A stretch of 57,892 nucleotides of DNA, filler included, from Dugesia japonica (taxonomy: Eukaryota), in the NCBI GenBank assembly GCA_001938525.1. It is 4 parts of 4 records of this genome, joined end to end, with 100 filler letters (N's around TTAATTAATTAA, not from the genome) between each part and the next. Parts side by side here need not be neighbours in the genome. Positions count along the whole stretch, not along the records: positions 36,598 to 57,892 come from MQRL01621197.1; 3 more parts are not named here. The stretch is one strand, 5' to 3'. The translations under genes and the position numbers were made by a program. Below are positions 48,780-57,892 of the stretch, one piece after another. Numbering within the stretch: the stretch's first letter is position 1; each line of letters opens with the position of its first letter. The notes below the pieces were generated by a model, which worked only from the letters and a program-made list of their open reading frames with translations, was not told the DNA's origin and searched no databases.

Positions 48780-49366
48780 GTTTCTCTGAAAAATTCATCA
48801 ACACTACCGTTTCTATAAAATATAACTACTTGTAAATCATTAGCCATAGATTTCGTCTATAGAATTTCCGGTGCTTATCCACTTTTCCCCCGCAATTTTT
48901 TTTAGCAACTTATTTCTTACAGATGCTTTTACCTTGGAGAAAACATTCTTCATGGGATTCAGCATGTAAGAATACGGTGATTGGAACTGTAGATGATACA
49001 TTGAGTTACTTATTATCTCATTCAACAAAGCTGATTTGTGGATGCGCGCATTGTCGAGAATAAACCAAGCGCACCCCATATCTTTGTCATCATTGATTAA
49101 TGCTACGAACTCCTGCATTAAGACACAAAATTTTGCAGCGATAGAAGTTTCATCAGCAACCATTTTTTGTGGATAACACTTGACGCACTAATTGCTGCGA
49201 TCAGAGTTATATTTCTCCCATTAACAGTTCGCAGAATAATTTTAGCTCTACTGCCTTTTTTTGAGCGCGCCTGAGTACGATGCAGATGCAAATTAAAACC
49301 ACATTCATCAATAAATATACATTTTTGTTGAGATGTCTTTGGGATTTCACAAAGGCAAATCAACAA
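48780..49366 (-). mobile_element. IS630/Tc1-like DD34E transposase pseudogene
   Basis: IFIDECGFN..RTQARSKKG..GRNITLIAAIS and FILDNARIHK...PYSYMLNPM(K)NVFSKVKASVR. One frameshift; the third catalytic residue (E) reads K. Confidence 0.85.
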
Positions 49367-50575
49367 GATCGTGAGTTTAGTTTAGTAAAATTTAAATATG
49401 AAATCCAAATATTAATTTATATACGTCTTTCTTCAATATGATTAATATAAATAGAATAATATCGTATAAATACACTATATAGTGTTCCTTATGTAATTGA
49501 ACTAAAGATTTACTTTTAAATTTTTATTAAGATTCAATAAGCGATTTACAAAATTTCTTATTTTAATTCAAGTTAATATTTTTATCTTCTGGTCTGCAAC
49601 TCTAGAAGTTTTAGACATTTAAAAGATTTAAAATAGGGTAAAGAAAATGAAATTAAGCTCTCTATTTATACTATAGGTATGCATGCAAATCATAAATATT
49701 CATTTCATTTATTTAAAAAATTTTTTTATTTTTATTTCATTATTTAAAATATAAAATATTTACAGAGATAAAATTAATCAATTACTTCGATAAAATTAAT
49801 CAATAATATAATATTACTTCAATAATATATTAATATCCGAATTTGTTTACAAAAGTAGCAATCAAAAAGTGTAAATAATAAAATTTGTATAATTAAAATT
49901 TGTACATCATAAAATAAATTAAAAATAGCAATAACATAAAAACATAAAAAGATTTGAAAATTAATAAAGACTCAGATTAATTAAATTAGTAAAAAGTCAG
50001 ATTAATTTTTGAATCAATTATATCAGTCAGATCAATAATTGGATCATAAAAAAAGTTAGATTGATTTGAATTATTGGATCGATTGATTTTCAACTGGATT
50101 GATGTAGGTTTGAATTATCCTATGTGTAAGCATGTGAGCATGTGTATGTATGATTTTGTTTGTAACTTTTGTTTGTATATATGTATAAACTATGAATTTA
50201 CTTATGAACTTTCCTTAACATTTTGACATATTGCTAGGTACTCTCTATGATACCAGAAATTATATATGCCTCTCGAATGATTTTTCCGTCGGTCAACACT
50301 AGTCGTATAAGGACTAACATTTGTGACTCACTTATTTTTGAATATTTTTGTTTTTGTTGATCGCTCTCCATCTATAAAATCAAATAAATTGTCGAGTAAA
50401 TTTGAATTTTATAATTTTCATTAATTTAAAATAAAAATGGTAGATAAATAAATTTTAACATTTTAATATGAACATTTAATATATAATATTAATGCAAGTA
50501 ATCATTCTGTAAGTATTTAACAATAAATTTGTTATTAAATAAGTGTCTAATTTAAAATTCATCATTTAAACATGT

Positions 50576-51000
50576 TTAACCCTTATTATTTATTGAGCCG
50601 TTTTAGATATACGTCATGTGGCAGTTGACCACTCCATATAACTGTGAATCGAAATTTATGGTTGTAAGAGAAATGTCTATTTTACGAAAGTACAATATTT
50701 GTAGGTTTTTCTGGCACAATAATTATAATTCCAATATAAGAATACTTTTATAACATGATAGTTTATATTAATAATTATATCTCGCGTTCCCTTATTTATG
50801 TCCCAGGATTTGGTGTTCTAGTCCAATATACTTTTCTATTTCATCGATGTTGATCAGAATACATGTTTTGAATTTTTCGTTGTTGACAAAGGATTGTTTT
50901 TATTTTATAAACTGCTTGCGAATCAAGGACTGTACTAATTGTAATTTCTAAGGCAGGCTTGGTGGGTTTCTCGGCATCTGTATGAAACTCATTCGGATAT
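50576..51000 (-). mobile_element. piggyBac remnant
   Basis: TTAA-CCC terminus at 50576, DEIEKYIGL relic and a cysteine-rich C-terminal YCARKTYKYC. Confidence 0.45.
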
Positions 51001-52599
51001 TGTGTTTTTATTTAGTACGATGAGTAGTCAATTTCGGGCAAATCTTATAGTAAAGATAGAAAATTAGCATGCAGAACATTTTGATACTAGCATTAAATTA
51101 ATTATAGGTAGAAGTGATAATTTGGTAAATTTTATTTATTATAAAGTTATATTTGCTTACTCTTAGTTTGATAATAATATAAAGTTATTAATTAGTAAAT
51201 TTTTAGTACAGTTGTTGAATATTAAACTTAGTGGACATCTTACATTTCCCAGGAGCTTGGATGATCTATCGGTAGATTGCACTACCTACCCCGTAGTATT
51301 TACAACGCGATCCCGTTAATTGCCAGTAATCATTAATAATAATAAATATAATAATAATTATTTACCATTTCATCGCCCGTAGCTTATAATTGCGAGTAAT
51401 AGAGATTAATAAAATGTTTTATATCAAACTCTTGTATTACTAACAACGTTTCTTCAGATTAATCACTATGAGAACATCCTTTTGTTTTCTGAATCGCTGT
51501 TTATTGGACTCATCCATCCAAAATTCCTTAGTCGCTGCCGCAATGTTATTCTGTTCAATAATTTTTATTGCAAAAAATGTTGCGATAATTTAGATAGGAT
51601 TTTCTACTCTTATTAATATAATCACTTTTCAAATTCATTAAAAATTGCTAAATTAATTTTAATAAAACAATTAAGTTTTAATGATAAATTATATACCATA
51701 TAAAAATATATATACTATATAAAATCGATTACATTATTATAAAAGTTGAATAAATTAAAATAAGCTACCATATTCAATTTTGATATTACATTGCGATAAA
51801 CACTCATATCATCATACTCTAAAATAATAATATTAATAATTTTATAACATTTAAATTGCCTAACAGAAAAATAATTATTAGTAAAAATTGCATGAGTAAT
51901 ATAGAAAATTTCTTCAAAATAAATCCGAATAAATCCAAACTAAAAACATATATTAAGAAAATTGGAGAAAAGGCTTATTAAACAAATAAATTACCTGGAA
52001 AAATTATCAAGTTTTCAGAAAAATTCAAATAATTTTGTGAAAAATTAATCCAAAAATGGACAAAACCATCAATATTGTTTTTATGTATAATTTTATACAT
52101 TTGGTTGTACAAATAATATATGATGATTTAACTCGTTTGTTTAACTAATATGGTTTATATTGCCCATCCAGAATGAACCCGAAAACACGTAGATGGTGCG
52201 ATCACACACTCTTAAGTATGGATTAAGAACTGCCGGGATTGCCATTAACGTATTTAAGGGATGGATACAATAAATCATCGTTTTTTGGTTTTTTAAAGAT
52301 TTTTAATAATAACTTAAAGAACTAAATAAAATTCTGAAAATTTAAAAATTAAGATTTATTGTTTTGAATTTCTTTTATAGTTTATAGTTATAGTTATAGT
52401 TGCCTATTTATTTTTTTAATATTAATAATATCCTTTCATTTAAATCTGGTTTTGTTATCTAAATCTTTTGATACTTATAATTCAGTAATTGTTGAAAACC
52501 ACTCAATATCCTTCGAGCTTTTTTTTCATTTTACAAACTGCATCATACGAACACTGTTAATCATTCGTGGTTTCAAAATTTACAACTTAATCATGATCT

Positions 52600-53103
52600 A
52601 GTAATTGATCACTAGTAAAGCTATTATCATTGAATTTTTTGGGAGTTATAAACTTTACGAATTATCAGGAATTTTGATTGATTGAAATAAAGGGGCCACA
52701 ATTATAATTATTAAATTTATAGATATGATTTTTATGAAGATTTCGATATTTGGAATGCTTAAAATGAACAAGTTGTTAAGGGTTGTTATTAAGTTATTAT
52801 TTTCATTAATGTTTTTTTTATTATTTTATTTCTCCACTGGAAAATCGAATCAATATAATAGGAAATCCCTTTTACTATAGACAAATAATATCCAATGTGA
52901 GTAATTGATATTAAGCGAACCGAAGACTGTGCATAGAACAAGTATTTGATAAAAGTGGTTATAAAGTCTTCATGGTATGTAATAAACATTTGCATAATAT
53001 AAGGAGCAAGATATGTAAATTCCCTATCCACAAAGTCTTCTTTCAGATAGAGTTCAATGTCATCATTAGTAAACCAAAGCTTACTGTCGAAACTATTGTA
53101 CAA
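52600..53103 (-). pseudogene. Ulp1/SENP (peptidase C48)-like relic, probably transposon-borne
   Basis: WFTNDDIELYL, then with a frameshift VFGSLNINYSHWILFVY and YYIDS, which are the C48 HW.L and YYDS motifs. Confidence 0.6.
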
Positions 53104-54225
53104 ATAGTATATGATGATTTTTTTTATAATTACAGTTAAATTATTTTTAAAATTCGTGCTTTCTGCATCAATAAGATTATACGATTGATTAATTTTTGTT
53201 ATCGTTGTTAGAGCTCTGTGAAATTGAATCCTTTCTATTGACAGCTTATGTCAGCTGTTCCTGTTGTATATCTACTCTTCGTTATTCAAATTTTGGATTT
53301 CTTTAATCTCTACCAGTCTCTAATTTGAATCAGTGGTGGAATCAATGTCATGTAATTCTGGCGAGTCGTTGCAATAGGTGGAATCAATATTAGAAATTCT
53401 CTTTAGTATATCGATTATCTTGTGAAGTTGTACTCCGACAGCTGAAGGACATAATTTTAGAGAGTTGTGGAATTTAAAAGTACGATTTTTCGATCCAAAT
53501 TTTATCTCTAAGAATAAAATAAAGAATATATTTGGCTTTCTCAACGTTTGAGTTCTGCTCCAATGCTTGGACAGTTGATATTGATGGACTTTAAGAAATT
53601 ACTAATTGTTGCAATGGTCTTTGGAGATATAATACCGTTAATTGAATTGATCTTTTCCATTATTTGATTTTCTTGCAACTTTAACAAATTCTTGATTATG
53701 TTTTTAAAAAAAATTTAGCAAAAGTAACATATTCTTCGAAATTATTGAAATTACTAATAAATTACCTGAATTCACCAACATCATTTTGTTTATATCCAAT
53801 TGATGATGGGAATCATTCAACCTATCGATACTAAAATGGTTTTTAAATAGTAGTTTTTGATGATGATGATGTCTCAATCAACTCGTCGTCATGTTTTCTT
53901 TATATGTTCACTATTGATTTTGGAACATTACAAAATAAATAATTAAAGAATAATCAAATATGTTTATAATGATAATTCAAAGTTGATGTAAATTTTATTA
54001 TTGATGGCAAATAATTATTAGTAGTGGTTATTTAAATAATAATATATTATAAAACAATTNNNNNNNNNNNNNNNNNNNNNNNNNNNNNNNNNNNNNNNNN
54101 NNNNNNNNNNNNNNNNNNNNNNNNNNNNNNNNNNNNNNNNNNNNNNNNNNNNNNNNNNNNNNNNNNNNNNNNNNNNNNNNNNNNNNNNNNNNNNNNNNNN
54201 NNNNNNNNNNNNNNNNNNNNNNNNN

Positions 54226-54290
<65 letters not shown>
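54226..54290. repeat. (ATT)n microsatellite
   Basis: Perfect ATT run after a gap. Confidence 0.95.
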
Positions 54291-54293
<3 letters not shown>

Positions 54294-54499
54294 GTTTAAT
54301 ATTAATATTTAACAAGTAAATATTACTTATTATTATTTATTTAACTATTTAAACGGGTTTAAGATATATTAAAATTCATATTATAATTATTATTATTAAT
54401 AATGTTAGGCTTCTAAATTTTATTTAGCTTTTTCTTTTCTCTTGATCCTCACACCTTGTCTATTAATAACTTCTTCCACTATTTGTTGTCACTCTTGGT

Positions 54500-55660
54500 A
54501 TAGAAATTTGCGGCAACTCGACTTTAGAAAATCGTCTTACTACTTTCTGCTCAGTGATTTAACTCCTTTCTCAGAATGATAAAACAGACAGTGCTATGTT
54601 ATACATATATTTCGTTTGGCAGGTAAATTGCAGTGAACTCTACAGCCGAATATATCTTTCTCCGTGATGTTTATTACTTCTGGAGCTGATTTCTGATGAT
54701 ACTTCTGCCATAAAGTTCGTACGTTGGCCAGAATTGATGTTTCTCGCTACACGTATTTTTTCTGATTCCCAGTAACATTCGATTATTCTGAATCTATGTT
54801 AGTTCTTGCCGACGGATCTCACTCACTCGGAAACGCAAGATTTTGTTCTTCTCTCCTCATTGTTTTTGTTCTTCCTGGCTTTCTCTGAGTTTTTTCTTTT
54901 TATCAGTAATAAGAATAAATTATGTGTATATAAGAAAATTTCAAGAAAAATTCAATAGCTCTTTAATTTTAGCAATCTCGAAAAAATCATGTCCACCTCT
55001 CCGCAAAGTCTTGGTCGCGGGAAAATGAAACGAATAATTTATTCATATTATGGTTCATCTTTCAATTCAGACTTTATTGATAAGTCAATTCTCAATTTTA
55101 CAGACATTTTATTACAATTAAAGACATCAATAATGTCAGTCATTTGCCAGGAAACATTTTTATCTGTTGTTGTCAAACATAAACTAGTGTCATCCAAAAT
55201 TTCGCTTTAAACGGGCTCAATCAAATAAGGTATCATCCGTGGCATCTCAGTATCAACTTTAACCAATAACCGAAGGGCCTGTTGTTCGCTTTCTAGGTGT
55301 TGCCTTTGCGAGAACTCTTGATACCATCAGTACTTCTTCCAAGTACCTCGCAACCCGCTTTAGTAGCTCGGCTTACGCTTGGTTGTGTCGTACTTTCTCC
55401 TGTTATTCTATTTGTCGTTCGCTTTCTAACTGATTCACTTGTTCTCTTAATAGATTGATCTCGTTCCTTTGATTGACAAGTTCCATTTCCTTCTTCCGAA
55501 CGCGATCCATGTGTTATCAACTATGGATCTTATTTACACCCAAAGCTTTCCATGGTGTCCTAAAGGTTTGGCATCTCAGACGCTGGCTGTGCATTGAAAC
55601 TTCATCCATTTACTTGTAGTGATTTGAGGGCCTCTTGATTAGATATTTTTCGTGACATTC
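54500..55660 (-). pseudogene. decayed coding relic with coiled coil (possibly retroelement gag/ORF1)
   Basis: Higher GC. Minus strand DRVRKKEMELVNQRNEINLLREQVNQLESERQIE*QEK is interrupted by stops. Family not recognised. Confidence 0.35.
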
Positions 55661-57255
55661 TAAGTGAGTTTTATGTAAATGTAATCATTATGTTTAAACG
55701 AGATTTGTACGATAATATAATCAGATTTAAAACCCCGTGATAGTCCAGAATATGACTATTTTCTTAACCACATACTTCGTTTGAAATTTGCAAACAATGA
55801 TTTAATCATTAATTTATTTTGAGTTGTTATTATTTTGGACGAATGAACAATAATTACTATTTATCATTAAGTCATAAAAATAATACTCTGAATGCAAAAT
55901 GACTGAATACTCATATGTTTCAGTAAAACTTAAGAGCTACCGAAACTGGATACTTCAGAACTGATTTCAAAATATTTGACCTAGTTGCTAATTATGTCAT
56001 TAAAGGAGTACTATCCATTCATCATTTTAGATTAACATCACTTCGGTATGAATTATTCGAACATCATTTAATCCAATTTATCAAAGATCTCCTTATCCAT
56101 TGTCAAAACTTTTATTTGCCAAATTAATTGTGAAGCCGATAGTGTACATCAATTAAAAAAATATCAGTTTAATGTAATTTTACATCAATTGTTATTAACT
56201 AACTTATTAACCAATAACTGCAGATTAGAATTTGGATAAATCAGCATAACATTACAAATATTATTATCAATTAAGTCTAATAAATCATTAATACTCTTTA
56301 TGCAGTCATTAGCCGAAATATTAAATATTACTAAACTAACTATAGATCAAATGATAATAATAAAATGAAATAAATAAAACTTAAAGATATTAGCTTATGA
56401 CTTATATTAAAAAACTACTAGAGTATGTGATAATGCTTATAAAAAATATCGTAAGGATGACTGTACAATTAGTCGTGATTATTATTCTCAATTCAAATTT
56501 CTAACTAAATAAATATCATAATTAAATATCAACTAAGTTCTTAAGTAATTATCCTAAGTTATCATGAATAAAATGGAAATTATTAAGAATTAACTATTCA
56601 ATAAATAAAATATAAAATCATGATAAAAATAAAACCCTCATTGACTAAAACAAATTTGTTTCAAAAATATATTTTATTCATAATTAAAATTGACATTATT
56701 TAACTAATATAACAAATTATAATATAAAATTATATTATTACTAAATTACTACGAATACCAAAATCAAAACAAAATTCTTTTGAACTAAAACATGAAACGG
56801 AGATAATTAAATAAATAGATCAATTATCATCATTAATATGAGATCTTTAATGTTAACAGTTCAACTTCTAGCAATCGACATGTTCAACATTTCAGTATTA
56901 GGGTTTATAAATACACTTCTATAATGAATTTGGTAATTATATTTCGATAATAGCTCTTTACTATATTTCGTGAATTCTTCCTAGATTTTCATGACTAATT
57001 ACCTATCGTGGTGGGCGGTGGACGATCCTACGGGGTCATTATATCATCATAAAAGCATAGTTAAGATTTTACATAATTAAAAATTACTGTATTTTTAGTG
57101 TATCGTTCTCCTTTGAAAATTAAACTATTGATGATCCTTCGAAAATAAGTTTTTCCAGAATTCATCAATGACCCGCAAAAATTTCAATAAAAATTTTATC
57201 TGATGATTATTTTAATGTTTTCGCTGGTGGGGCACATTTGTCCTCATTTTTTCCA

Positions 57256-57630
57256 ATAATAAAAAAACTAATTAATTTAAGAAAAATAATAATACTATTA
57301 TTAATTACGAAATCTTACATTATTCAAATAAACATTTTCGCTCGGTTGGGTTATGACGATTTCATTCTGTTTTAATAACTACAATACTAAAAAGTACTGA
57401 AATAATAATAATAATAATGACAAAAAATTGTTATTCAAGAAATCATTTTCACTCGTTTGCGATATGACATTTTGATTCTGTTTTAATAACCACAGTAATA
57501 AAAAAACTAATTAATATAATAATTATTATAATAATACTGTTAATAATTACAAAATCTTGAATTATTCAAAGTAACATTTTCACTCGGATAGGTTATGACA
57601 TTTTGATTCTGTTTTAATAACTACAATAAT
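57256..57630. repeat. three-copy tandem repeat, 110-130 nt unit
   Basis: Conserved core ttattcaa...cattttc(a/g)ctcg.....tatgac.attt.attctgttttaataac.aca separated by variable AAT-rich linkers. Confidence 0.85.
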
Positions 57631-57892
57631 AAAATTAATAAAAATATTAATAATAATATTAATATTGTTTGGACACAACCCAACTCATCTGCTTAGAAGT
57701 CTGAATCAAATGATGCTAAAAACAATAAAAGCTTAACAAAATGAATTTTTTAAAATAAAAGATTTAACTTCAAAAAACAAAATCAAGAATAAAAAAATCT
57801 CACCAATTTTTGAAAATGTTCAAAATTATCTCATAAATCAAACGAGAAAGTAATAAATGGAGCATATTCTAAAAATAAAAAAGAAATTTATC

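Noticed and set aside
57256-57630. CRISPR-like repeat-spacer array
   Set aside because: Eukaryotic context, only three units, low-complexity spacers related to each other, and no cas genes.

Overview
Very AT-rich, gap-ridden animal (metazoan) genomic DNA. Composition, (ATT)n microsatellites and transposon content suggest a planarian-type flatworm, which is an inference only. Host genes: (1) the last five coding exons of the axonemal inner-arm dynein intermediate chain WDR63/DNAI3 (+, 147-7250); (2) an intronless 455-aa orphan ORF (+, 10439-11806) with a possible N-myristoylation signal and a possible divergent KH-like C-terminal domain; (3) three internal exons of inositol polyphosphate multikinase IPMK (+, 39198-46942). 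The rest is mostly decayed transposons: Gypsy LTR elements, mariner/Tc1/IS630-like, pogo/Tigger, hAT, MULE/FLYWCH, piggyBac, MITEs and an Ulp1-protease relic. The most notable unannotated structures are an 81/82-nt identical inverted repeat bracketing 6.6 kb of decayed transposons inside a 7.25-kb IPMK intron, and two families of short Penelope-type hammerhead-ribozyme repeats that recur as inverted pairs. Three artificial 44N-TTAATTAATTAA-44N spacers show that the window is a join of four sequence pieces.
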